Part shown: one piece after another, positions 39,467 to 49,010 of the stretch
Layout: each line of letters opens with the position of its first letter
Position numbering within the stretch: the first letter of the stretch is position 1
Assembly (NCBI GenBank): GCA_963837175.1
Contig: CAWIMJ010000022.1
Location: forward strand, 18,826-82,825
Source: an uncultured Nitrososphaeraceae archaeon
Lineage (GTDB): Archaea > Thermoproteota > Nitrososphaeria > Nitrososphaerales > Nitrososphaeraceae
Reading direction: 5' to 3'
DNA: 64,000 bases
Translations under genes and position numbers: made by a program
The notes under the pieces: model-generated
Told to the model about the DNA's origin: nothing
The model's database searches: none
The model's input: only the letters and a program-made list of their open reading frames with translations

Positions 39467-40115
39467 CATATTCTATAAATGTACTATAAAATAAATAAAT
39501 GCATCAAAAGAATTACAAATAGTTTGGATTTGGATAATAATAGCAGTTGAACAACTATATATAGAAGACAATTCTTGGATTCATGTCTCATGAGAAAGAA
39601 ACATGCTTTTGTAGTTGCATAATAATTTCTGAGTTAGTTAGCAAGGGAACATAAAAATTGCTATTTAAATAGAAGCAGTGTAATATGGTTGATATCATGC
39701 CAAGTCTAAAATTTCTGAAAATAATAATGCATATCTAATCTCTTCATTATTCATATGGAAAAAGTGTCATATGAAAGAGAACAATCCAATAATTGAAGAA
39801 CAGAACTCAATGTTGTTGGTTATGCAATTAACAATAACCATTGACTATATATTGTTGCTACAATCAGGATGTATTCTCGTGACTTTAATAGGATATTCTT
39901 AGAGGGATATGGTAATATCAATCAATTTTTCTTTTGTTTCTTTAACTACATAAAGTCAATATCGATCTGGATGATGTCTCCGGATGACATCTCAGTTTTT
40001 TTGATGTAACTATGGTATGATGTGTTTGACCTATTTTGGCATATTCAACTCATCCACGATAATATTATAAAGGCCTGGCTTTGGATTATTATTTATGATC
40101 TTACAGAAGACACCA

Positions 40116-40350
40116 CTAGCCTAACTTAACGGAGCAGTATAAAATTAAAGAAATTGAAATAAAAGTAGATAGTTTTGATACATTTGCGTTTTGTATATTC
40201 TGTAATTCAGCTAATGATATCGTGAGCTCATTAGCAACTCGGTGATTTCTTTCTTCGATTTCTTTTATCCAAGTTTTATTTAGAAGTTCAACAACATTTT
40301 CTGCATGTTTTTGAACCAATGAAACGTTGTTGTTAGTTATGAACTCATCT
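40116..40350 (-). pseudogene. Fragment of a helical exported-protein gene next to an IS relic
   Basis: QKHAENVVELLNKTWIKEIEERN.RVANEL, with no intact start. Confidence 0.35.
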
Positions 40351-40426
40351 GGAAAGTAATTTGATATATTACTCTAGATTCTCTCACTCGCTTACCTATA
40401 GCTTAAATCATGTCTAATTGATGCTA

Positions 40427-40805
40427 GTGAGATTCGAAGAGCTAATGGATGATCATTGGAAGCTATTAGTACCATCAATTCCTGCTCCTGCTCATACTGG
40501 TAGACCTAGAGCTGATGATAGGAGTACTATCAATGGCATCTTGTATGTCCTTATGAGTGGATGTAGATGGATGGATGGATATGCCTCCAAAGTATAGCTC
40601 CTACAAAACAGTTTGGGAACGGCACAAGAAGTGGAGTATCAAAGGTGTATGGAAAAATATTATGAATTCCCTGGTATCACGTAGCTATGCTTCTGGATTG
40701 ATAAACATAGACTACCTATCTGTAGATAGCAGCACTGTAGGAGCCAAGAAAGGGGGCAAGAAATAGGCTTTGATGATGGTCATAAGCGGATGAAGGGAAG
40801 CAAGG
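40427..40805 (+). mobile_element. Truncated IS5-family transposase relic
   Basis: GRPRADDRSTINGILYVLMSGCRW, GGAT-duplication frameshift, then DSSTVGAKKGG and DGHKRMKGSK before truncation. Confidence 0.85.
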
Positions 40806-40931
40806 ACATTTTGCAAAGAATGGTGCAGCAGCCAACGCTGGATGAGTATAGAGGCCATCCACAATTACTAGTCCTAACAAGCCGAGTACTCCTACTATAG
40901 CAAAGATTGCCAACATTGTTTCTGTAGGCAT
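40805..40931 (-). pseudogene. Small secreted peptide gene cut by the IS5 relic
   Basis: MPTETMLAIFAIVGVLGLLGLVIV...ALAAAPFFAKCP runs into IS sequence. Confidence 0.35.
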
Positions 40932-41235
40932 CACTTGAGAATTGGTGGAATAATATATGAGTTTGTCGGTAAAACCGTTGTTAACAAGATAAAGAAAAGG
41001 TTTTACATTAGTTTGTGCATATCTTTTCTGCAAGAAGAGACGGAAGGTAAAAGAAAAGTAGGGTACTTTAATTAATACTTTTGAAGAAATTAGAAAATAA
41101 CAACAACAAAAGCAAATCTCGCAAATCCAAATAGAGCTAGCATTAACCTATAAGAAGTATTAGAATGTTTGATTTATTCAATTAGTAATTAAAAACCATA
41201 TCAAAGTAAAGTGTATCCGAATCAAATGATATCGG

Positions 41236-41817
41236 CTATAATCCTTTTGGGAAATGATAACTTGAGGGTATTGTATCTGGAGGCTTGCCGTAAACTATTG
41301 CAATCTCGTCATGGCTATTTAATTTTATATCTCTATAATCTACTGAACTTGCTTTGTTACCGTTTACGTATACGCTTAATGTGTTATTTTTATTGTTACT
41401 AACAATATTGTCAAATATCTGAGTATTGTTGAATTTTTCATTCCAAATATCAAAGAACTGTCCAAGGGTAAAGTTTCTATTTTCTGGTGATTCTATATGG
41501 ATAACTCCAGTATCATCGTGTGTATGCATCCAATAGAGGCATTTGCTAGGTATGATACCAATTTGAGAAGGGACGGTGTAATGTTTGCCGTTAATAAAGA
41601 TATCTAGATGTGCATGGATATGAAAAGTAAGATGTTCTATCACTTCACATCTTATATTGTCTATTCCTAATGAAGAAGACGATGCTGACGCTAACAATGT
41701 ATTTGGTGCCATAGTCGCAAATATTCCAACACCTACAAAAATTGCAATCAAAACACTCATAGTAATAATAGTCAATCTTTTGTAGTTTTTTTTGTTAGTG
41801 CTTGACCTGGGATGCAT
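41236..41817 (-). CDS. Membrane-anchored exported His-rich protein
   Basis: N-terminal TM, C...HLTFHIHAHL, CLYWMHTHDDTGVIHIE and FTLGQFF. Confidence 0.88.
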   Translation of the reverse strand: MHPRSSTNKKNYKRLTIITMSVLIAIFVGVGIFATMAPNTLLASASSSSLGIDNIRCEVIEHLTFHIHAHLDIFINGKHYTVPSQIGIIPSKCLYWMHTHDDTGVIHIESPENRNFTLGQFFDIWNEKFNNTQIFDNIVSNNKNNTLSVYVNGNKASSVDYRDIKLNSHDEIAIVYGKPPDTIPSSYHFPKGL

Positions 41818-42276
41818 ATAAAAACAGCGTTTATGCTAATCGTTTTTTAGAGATAAAAATGTTTTCTATAATAATTCATAGATATAAAAAGAATGTAAAC
41901 TATTGTAATATCGGAAGTTGGTTCCTATATAAATGTGGTAAAATATATTATCTATTCTAATATTATATTATTGCTGTTTAAACGAATATCTTTTGATATT
42001 GTTATATTTCAATGTACATCAATAGGACTCTAGTGTAATACAATGCATTGTATCAAATTTATCTAGCCAATCTCGTGAATGAAGATATGTCTCTGGAAGG
42101 AAAACTATGAGTAGATGCATAAGATTAGTTGTTGCCCCAATAGATAATATTGTTAATAGTATGTAACATATTAAAAATTAAATCGTGCCTAATCCATATT
42201 ACATAGTCGAAATAATTTGACTAATTGCGATAGTAATAATAAAAATCTTCTTGATACAATTTCAAATTACAAGTTA

Positions 42277-42888
42277 TTACTGCTTAATTCTTCCCGCTGA
42301 TTTTCTAGATGCATAATAATATATTAAACCAGCTGCAGTTATTGCAGTTATGATAGGTAATACAAAGTAAATTATGAATTCACTAAAAGATATTCCTACA
42401 GAAACATCATAATTAACAACTAATGGATTTTCTTCATATTTTGGATCTCCAGCTATTCTAGCCTGTAATATTACTTGATAATCAGCACTTTTGTTAAATA
42501 CATACGGAATAGTAATATCGCCAAATTCATGCAATCTGTAAGGAATATGTGCGACAACCTTATCTGGATTTTTTTCTTTTATTGTTAACGCTGCAAATAC
42601 ATTATAAACATCTGTATTGTTCTGTTGAATACTAAAGTTTAATTTGGTAGTAGAATTATCATCTGCTAATATAACAGAAGGAGAGGTTCGAAATTTTATT
42701 TGATATTTATCAATGTTTTTTATTGTTTGACCTCCGCCAAAAATATGGGCATCGGCAAGATTATTTCTTCCTTGGTGGTCCAAAGGATTAGTACCCAGAC
42801 TATTAATACTAAGAAGAATAAGAATGACATTGGTAACTATAAACAAATATAATAAATAAAAAAGAAATGAAAAAATAGTTTCTTTCAC
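42277..42888 (-). CDS. Exported Ig-like protein with ADA|H site and C-terminal TM
   Basis: LADAHIFGG, HEFGD and a C-terminal hydrophobic anchor. Confidence 0.8.
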   Translation of the reverse strand: MKETIFSFLFYLLYLFIVTNVILILLSINSLGTNPLDHQGRNNLADAHIFGGGQTIKNIDKYQIKFRTSPSVILADDNSTTKLNFSIQQNNTDVYNVFAALTIKEKNPDKVVAHIPYRLHEFGDITIPYVFNKSADYQVILQARIAGDPKYEENPLVVNYDVSVGISFSEFIIYFVLPIITAITAAGLIYYYASRKSAGRIKQ

Positions 42889-42943
42889 ATACTTTTAGTG
42901 ACTCATTGCGTCATTTTAGGATACTGGTAGTATCTTTCGTTCA

Positions 42944-43444
42944 TTATTGATGTTCTTCAGCGCCAGGCATTATTTCATTGACACCTACAACCACTGTACT
43001 AGTCTCTGGAAAGTCTATACTACTGTCAGTCGGGTTCTGAATAGCTATATCAGTAGTAGTTGTCACATTTTTCTGTGGAATGTCAACGTGATACAAGCAT
43101 AGTTCACCTGGTGTGGACAAATTCCCATCAATTAATTCTAATTCAGCTGGTTGAAATGATGGTGCCGATCCTGTAAGTATATTTAATTCAGCCTCTGAAT
43201 CATCATTACATGGTATCTTTGCAGCTATATGTCCATTCACTATCTTGTATGGGCTACTATCATAAAGGTGTATGTAACTCATTGCTGGAATCGATTGGCC
43301 GGAAAGAAGCAATGTAACAGTGTCTCTTACTACTGTACCTGTGGGTGCTTGAGCTGTAGCAGGAGTTGTACTTGCAGTATTCATGAATACCATAGATGTT
43401 ATTACTGCTGCTAAAACAGCTATCAATGATTTCTTGTTTTGCAC
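42944..43444 (-). CDS. Secreted His/Cys protein
   Basis: Signal peptide, YIHLYDS..NGHIAAKIPC and LCLYH. Confidence 0.88.
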   Translation of the reverse strand: MQNKKSLIAVLAAVITSMVFMNTASTTPATAQAPTGTVVRDTVTLLLSGQSIPAMSYIHLYDSSPYKIVNGHIAAKIPCNDDSEAELNILTGSAPSFQPAELELIDGNLSTPGELCLYHVDIPQKNVTTTTDIAIQNPTDSSIDFPETSTVVVGVNEIMPGAEEHQ

Positions 43445-43477
43445 AAAAATTGGTTCTTACGTCTTATATATAACTGT

Positions 43478-43495
43478 TATAGTACATCTATTGAA
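43478..43495 (-). promoter_or_regulatory. Conserved 18-bp promoter motif, copy 4
   Basis: TTCAATAGATGTACTATA-ACAG-TTATATAT upstream of 43444. Confidence 0.7.
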
Positions 43496-43847
43496 TAGAA
43501 CTATCGTCTTTAGCTGAGTAGATTATATGCCTATTCTACCGCATTTCTTAAATGTCAGACAATATAACAATTAACAGAGTTAGGAAATACAGAATAAAGG
43601 ATTACTTGATAATTATCATCTCGCTAATGTGATCGAAGAAGAATAAGGAGTGATACAGTCAACTAATGACACATCTTTTTTCTCCTAGTGGTTGCCACCA
43701 ATAAAAAATTGTATTCAGGATTTGTTGAAAAAAATTAAAATCGTCTATCATTTATATCATTATGATATTTCACTAATATGAGAATATAGTCATCTTTAAA
43801 TTTTCTATTATTTTGACATTAGTAGGATTTTCAGAAATTCTATTGAC

Positions 43848-45356
43848 TTAATGATTAGCTTGCAAAGAATCTAATGTTTTCTTTATCTCTCGTTTACTCC
43901 TTACAAAAGATATAATACTTCCCGTCAAAACTGCTGCCGATAAAATGATAACCAGAATAGCAAACGCGTCAAAAGATGGCATTTCATTTTTAGTAGTAGT
44001 AGAAGTAGCTAATCCGTTTAAATTAGAATTTTCTGCCATTGACACAGATGGTGGCGAAGTTATTGTAAGAAACGAAGTTATAAAGAGAATACCCATACCT
44101 ATAAATGATTCAATCCTGATAGTCTTACTAAATTTTGCAAATGGATCGGCTTGTAGTGAATTGCTGCCGCCAGATGTAGTTGCTGCTGAACTACGCTTGT
44201 TATCATTTGATTTTTTTCCCCCTTTACCAATTTTAGCAACTAATACAAAGCTATCATGGAGTCTAAATTGATGATAACCACCAAGGATAACCATAGGCAA
44301 AATAGCAGACAGCTTAATTATTAGAACGTTCCCATACATGGTATCAAAAATTGCTCCGACTGTATGAAGATGGATCCAAGCCATATATAGTCCTGTTACA
44401 CCAATTATACCAAGTGAAATTGTAGCTATGAGAGAAAAATATGGAAGTAATACAGCAAGAAAATAAGTATTTCTTGTTTTATTAGTTTCATATTGCTGGT
44501 TTACAGGTTCAGTTAGATTTATTGTTGATCTTATTGTGACTAAAAGTATGACAGAAATATAAAATACGCCTCCAACCCAGATAGATACTGCCATAAAATG
44601 CAGCCAGTTTATTGAGATGGCTAATGACGGAAGGAATGATAATGCGGCACTATGGCTGACTACACTGTTAGAGAAGATGCTTATTGCGCCTGACAGTATT
44701 ATAACATATAATAATACTATAGAAAGACTCAGATTTCTTTTCCTTTGTTTACTGTACGTATGATGCTCTTCTTCGGTTGTCCTTTTAATTTTCTTCTTTT
44801 CCAAAATGTAATACAATATAGAGGATACGACAATTATCGATGAAGTTATAATCCTTAATATCCAAACTGGTCCCACAGAAGTAGTGGTCAATATTGTAAA
44901 AGTGGTACTGACATCCAAGCCTAATTCTGAAGACATACTGATTGTTTGTAGATATATCAAAGAGCTTGCGGTAACCAGTATAGTTAGACTACATACAACA
45001 AGTAGAATGAACAATCTCCTTAAAGGCTGCAAACTACTACTACTATTATCCACGGGCACGTTATTTTTGTAATTTGGTTGAATTCTACTCCGTAGTACTC
45101 TGTGTAGAAATACATGATTAAATACTCCTCCTACTATGGCTGCCTGGGATATCATCATTGGTGCTTTCAGTAAAGCATCGTAAGTGGAGGTAACCGACTC
45201 TATATGAGTAGAGTCAAGGCCATCCTGAGCGTGAACTGTAGTAGGTAGGAAACTCGTAGGCATCAAAATAAAGGATATTATAATAACTAATATTCCTGCT
45301 ATTATCATAAAATTGTTCATCATGAGAGTTTTTTTTCGATGTGTTTCAGTTTCCAT
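43848..45356 (-). CDS. copD: CopD-family copper uptake membrane protein
   Basis: SHSAA, WLHFMAVSIWVGG, TGLY, YG..LIIK and GGYHQ motifs. Confidence 0.88.
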   Translation of the reverse strand: METETHRKKTLMMNNFMIIAGILVIIISFILMPTSFLPTTVHAQDGLDSTHIESVTSTYDALLKAPMMISQAAIVGGVFNHVFLHRVLRSRIQPNYKNNVPVDNSSSSLQPLRRLFILLVVCSLTILVTASSLIYLQTISMSSELGLDVSTTFTILTTTSVGPVWILRIITSSIIVVSSILYYILEKKKIKRTTEEEHHTYSKQRKRNLSLSIVLLYVIILSGAISIFSNSVVSHSAALSFLPSLAISINWLHFMAVSIWVGGVFYISVILLVTIRSTINLTEPVNQQYETNKTRNTYFLAVLLPYFSLIATISLGIIGVTGLYMAWIHLHTVGAIFDTMYGNVLIIKLSAILPMVILGGYHQFRLHDSFVLVAKIGKGGKKSNDNKRSSAATTSGGSNSLQADPFAKFSKTIRIESFIGMGILFITSFLTITSPPSVSMAENSNLNGLATSTTTKNEMPSFDAFAILVIILSAAVLTGSIISFVRSKREIKKTLDSLQANH

Positions 45357-45448
45357 TTCTCATACTTAAGTAATACACATGCTGAATGATAAAAAAGGAA
45401 AAATTAAGTTCTCTTTGTGATTTCATGATTTTTGCTCATTTACTCTTT

Positions 45449-46117
45449 TTATTTCATACCAGTTGAATTTTCAGATCTGGACAGCATCTTTTGTATCTCT
45501 ACATTAGACATATATGGTTCTGGAAATCCAGCATCAGTTCTTGGAAGAGGACATCCAAAACTTCCCATTATTGACTTTCTTGTTACTCCTTGTGACAGTT
45601 GCGTTGTAGAATTGTCTGAAATAGGAGTTTCATCTCCTCCCGCTGGACTACAAGTCCATGTTGCATTAAATGCAGTACCATTAATGTCTCCGAATAGACG
45701 ATAATTATATGTAGTTTCTATTGTTGGAAAGAATGGTGCTTCATAATGACCTGGATCTCTGAATGCAGGTTCAAAATCTAGTGTCTTGTTCTTATCACCG
45801 GCAGATATCTCTACTTTTAACATTTTTTCTAATCCTTCTATAGGTCTTGTTCCATTTGCTTGGGAATTTACAGGATCAGATGCATTAGGCCAATAAGCAA
45901 ATAATTCTACCCCAGACTTGTCATCAACAAAAACTGGTTCATTCACAGATCCAACCGCAAACAAATAATCTTTGTCTCCTATTGTAAACAACTGCCTTTG
46001 ATGAGCAAATGCAAATTGCGTATTTACTACTGATGCAAATAATAGTAGTGTGCCAGTAGCAATCGCGCTAAAAATAACTGTATGTGGATTTATCATTGCA
46101 GCAGTATCACGAATCAT
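45449..46117 (-). CDS. Secreted protein with mature N-terminal His (likely start 46096)
   Basis: AFA|HQRQLF, VGSVNEP, KTLDFEP..GHY..PT; Cys pair at the C-terminus. Confidence 0.85.
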   Translation of the reverse strand: MIRDTAAMINPHTVIFSAIATGTLLLFASVVNTQFAFAHQRQLFTIGDKDYLFAVGSVNEPVFVDDKSGVELFAYWPNASDPVNSQANGTRPIEGLEKMLKVEISAGDKNKTLDFEPAFRDPGHYEAPFFPTIETTYNYRLFGDINGTAFNATWTCSPAGGDETPISDNSTTQLSQGVTRKSIMGSFGCPLPRTDAGFPEPYMSNVEIQKMLSRSENSTGMK

Positions 46118-46132
46118 ATTATATTTAAGATA

Positions 46133-46150
46133 TATGGTACAACTATCGAA
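46133..46150 (-). promoter_or_regulatory. Conserved 18-bp promoter motif, copy 5
   Basis: TTCGATAGTTGTACCATA-TAT-CTTAAATA. Confidence 0.7.
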
Positions 46151-46719
46151 TTATTGCACATAGAAACGGAATTCGTTAAGTAATAATAAATAATATTGTT
46201 TGACAGATAAAAACAGTAACTTCCTTGATCTGACTTTAGACCGTAACGTCGCATTATACATATTTTCTTTATTTATGATAATTACGGTACTGATTAACAT
46301 ATCCGAAGAAAAGTTGTTTTGTTGCTTTTCACCTTGACGAAGCAAAGCGGAATTATACTAATAAAAATTCCAATATTTTTCAGTCATATAATATTTATAT
46401 GATATTTATATATAAAGTATAAAATGGTTCTCGTTCTGTTTTACTTGTCGATGGTTTGGCTATCAGCAAGGGGATTCTAAGAAATCCATATCATAGCCGG
46501 ATTGTTCTTATAGTCAAGATATGTAAATTTTGTTTTTAATAGATTAAGTCTTTTGGTCAATTAGTAAATTGATTCTTGTATATAGTTGATATTCAAGGAT
46601 ATAATGATAGATAAGATATCATTCTCGTAATATTATTGTATAAATGGGTAGACAGAAAACGTATTAGGCAAAAGTAGCATCTAATAGCTGGTAGTGAATA
46701 TTTATCTTTGATATATTAA

Positions 46720-47382
46720 GGCTCGTTCACTTGAAGATAAGGATATAGCCTTGAAAAGTACTAATTGTCTTTATGTCTGAAAGAACATCTTTAAAGTATA
46801 TCTATTATGCTTTACAATTACATTCATCAGGCCTTTCCCTTCGAAAGACGTCGCAACACTTATCTCTAATTATAAAAAGAAATCATGTATCTGTTTGGAA
46901 TTGGATTCAAAAGTACAAGCCAAAGAAGATGTTGCAAAAACAAAATAAAATACAGGAATTCATAATAGATGAAACACTGATTAAAGTCAGCAGATGATTA
47001 CGTATGGGTTTGGGTTGCAATTGAGCCAATAGACAAGGTGATTCTTGATATTCGTATTTCTTTTGAAAGGACTATGCTTGTAGCAGAACAGTTTCTGAAA
47101 GGATTGGTAAAGAAATACGGAAAGCATTCAATTTCAACTGATGGAGGAACTTGGTATCCACCGTAAGCATGTAAATTCTTGAAGATAAAGCATCACATTC
47201 ACTCATATTATGAGAAAAGCATTGTTGAAAGGACTATCCAATATTTGAAAGATAGAACGGAATGTTTTGATGATTATTTTCTCTGCAGAAAATATAACTG
47301 TAAATTAGAGCATGTAATTAAGTGGTTGAATTTGTTTGCAGATATGTATAATAAAATGATTCTTAGGTAGATGAACAGAGCC
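46720..47382 (+). mobile_element. IS6-family element with inactivated transposase
   Basis: Ends GGCTC-GTTCA / TGAACAGAGCC with an 8-bp duplication TATATTAA. Motifs GLSLR, IDET, TDGG.WY and ERTIQYLKDR. Frameshift and internal stop. Confidence 0.92.
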
Positions 47383-47603
47383 TATATTAATCAGTTAATG
47401 CTTATAAAGTCACTATTCTGTCATGATCTATATCTATGTATCAAACACTATTTCTCAGAGTTGATTACAGCAGAGATATTATATTTTTTTAGTTTCACTT
47501 CATGTGGAGTAAAAATCTTATAATACTTCAACCACATTATCTAAAAAAAGCCAATGTTAATTTGATAGAATATGAAGAGAGCATTCATGTTACTATTATA
47601 AAA

Positions 47604-48833
47604 TCAAGGAGGAGGAGGCTGGTAAGCATTAATCTGTTGGAGAGAAAGAGCATGATTATCATCTAATGCTCCAACACCCAAACTTAGATTTCTTATCGTT
47701 ATGTCGAGAGTTTTACTTTGTTCTAAGCTTAAAGCAAATTCCTTCATCAGAACACTTCTTACCTGTTGATCAGGATTTACTGTTTCATTTGTCCTTATTG
47801 GTACTGTAACGCTAAGTATCTTTGATATTATATCTTTAGGGATCTTTCCGCTTTCATGTTCTTTGTTTATACTATATTCGATAAGCTGTAATATTATTTC
47901 CCTGCTTGCAACCTTTAGCGCATTTACAGTATAGATAGCATCTACACTAAGTACGTTTAGAGATTCGTCTTGTGCTCCAGATATGGTATTTAAAACTCCT
48001 TCCCTGCTAGATGATATAGATCCAAGTATAGAGGAATCCACATCAACATTTATCGTCATTATACCTTCAAAGAATTTTTCTCCGGTATCATTTGCATATA
48101 TTGGGATAGATGCCTGGATATCTTTGCAGCTGAGACTGACTGAGCCTCCTGGCTCTAAATTACGAATTCTAAAATTAGTATCACTTTGTTCTGGACTTGT
48201 TGATACTGCCTTCCAAAAAAAAGAAATTGGGAAACTTTGTCTATTGAATATATTAATGTCTGAATTATAGCGCCCAGGTCTCAAAGGTCCTTGTTCTCCA
48301 GTTATTGTACCGCAAATGAATCTTGCTGTATATTCAAGTTTAGTTGAATCGGAGTTAAGTGGATATCCTTCAAACATTACTGTTGTTGGGGATGATGAGA
48401 TGGATTGTGTGTTAATACTAACAGTTTTTACGGAAATGTCTTTGATGTATCCATCTGGAGCAACAATTTCAGAGATTGTATATTGTCTGGGGATTATGTT
48501 AGAAAGAAGCACTACGCCCGAAGTTCTATTTGCATCCTCGGCATTATCATCAGTAACAGCCAAGTTGCTTCCGTTTGTGAATGGATTTGGAGTTATTAGA
48601 AAAGTTGCCCCACCAATTGTATTATTCTTTTCATCTACTTTTTCTATTATAAGTGAGGGCGACGACAATGTCGTATTATTAGATGATAACGATAAATTTC
48701 TATTCAAAGATTCTGCAAATACATTCTTATTATTACTTCCACCAATAATATCTGCAATTTTACCATTATCTAAATTGGTATCATCAGAATACTGGTTGAT
48801 AAAAACAAAAGTAAGCACAAAGCCAAAACACAT
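47604..48833 (-). CDS. Exported protein with SpaA/CnaB-like domain plus a domain of unknown function
   Basis: IEKVDE..GGATF and YTISEIVAPDGY, then YTARFICG..GPLRPGRYNSDINIFN. Confidence 0.8.
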   Translation of the reverse strand: MCFGFVLTFVFINQYSDDTNLDNGKIADIIGGSNNKNVFAESLNRNLSLSSNNTTLSSPSLIIEKVDEKNNTIGGATFLITPNPFTNGSNLAVTDDNAEDANRTSGVVLLSNIIPRQYTISEIVAPDGYIKDISVKTVSINTQSISSSPTTVMFEGYPLNSDSTKLEYTARFICGTITGEQGPLRPGRYNSDINIFNRQSFPISFFWKAVSTSPEQSDTNFRIRNLEPGGSVSLSCKDIQASIPIYANDTGEKFFEGIMTINVDVDSSILGSISSSREGVLNTISGAQDESLNVLSVDAIYTVNALKVASREIILQLIEYSINKEHESGKIPKDIISKILSVTVPIRTNETVNPDQQVRSVLMKEFALSLEQSKTLDITIRNLSLGVGALDDNHALSLQQINAYQPPPP

Positions 48834-49010
48834 AATTGCTAAAACCAGATATAGACAGTAAATTAAAATGCATCAACTTGTCTTTTGATAATAAAAATTT
48901 AATACTTCGAAAATTCACATATATCTCCTAGATATATTTAAATCATAATAATGAGAATAAAAATGTATATACGATGCCACCAAAATCAATGTTTCTTATA
49001 TGTGGTTTAA

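Noticed and set aside
39500-39800. Possible fourth wHTH relic behind the plus-strand motif copy
   Set aside because: Too degraded to reconstruct with confidence.
31661-46150. GTAC core as equivalent of the plant/algal copper-response element
   Set aside because: A 4-bp match is uninformative and no SBP-domain protein is encoded here; treated as coincidence.
47983-48861. Antisense ORFs of 95-181 aa (similar cases at 6670, 37743, 43945, 55796, 59055)
   Set aside because: They overlap well-supported genes on the opposite strand and have no motifs.
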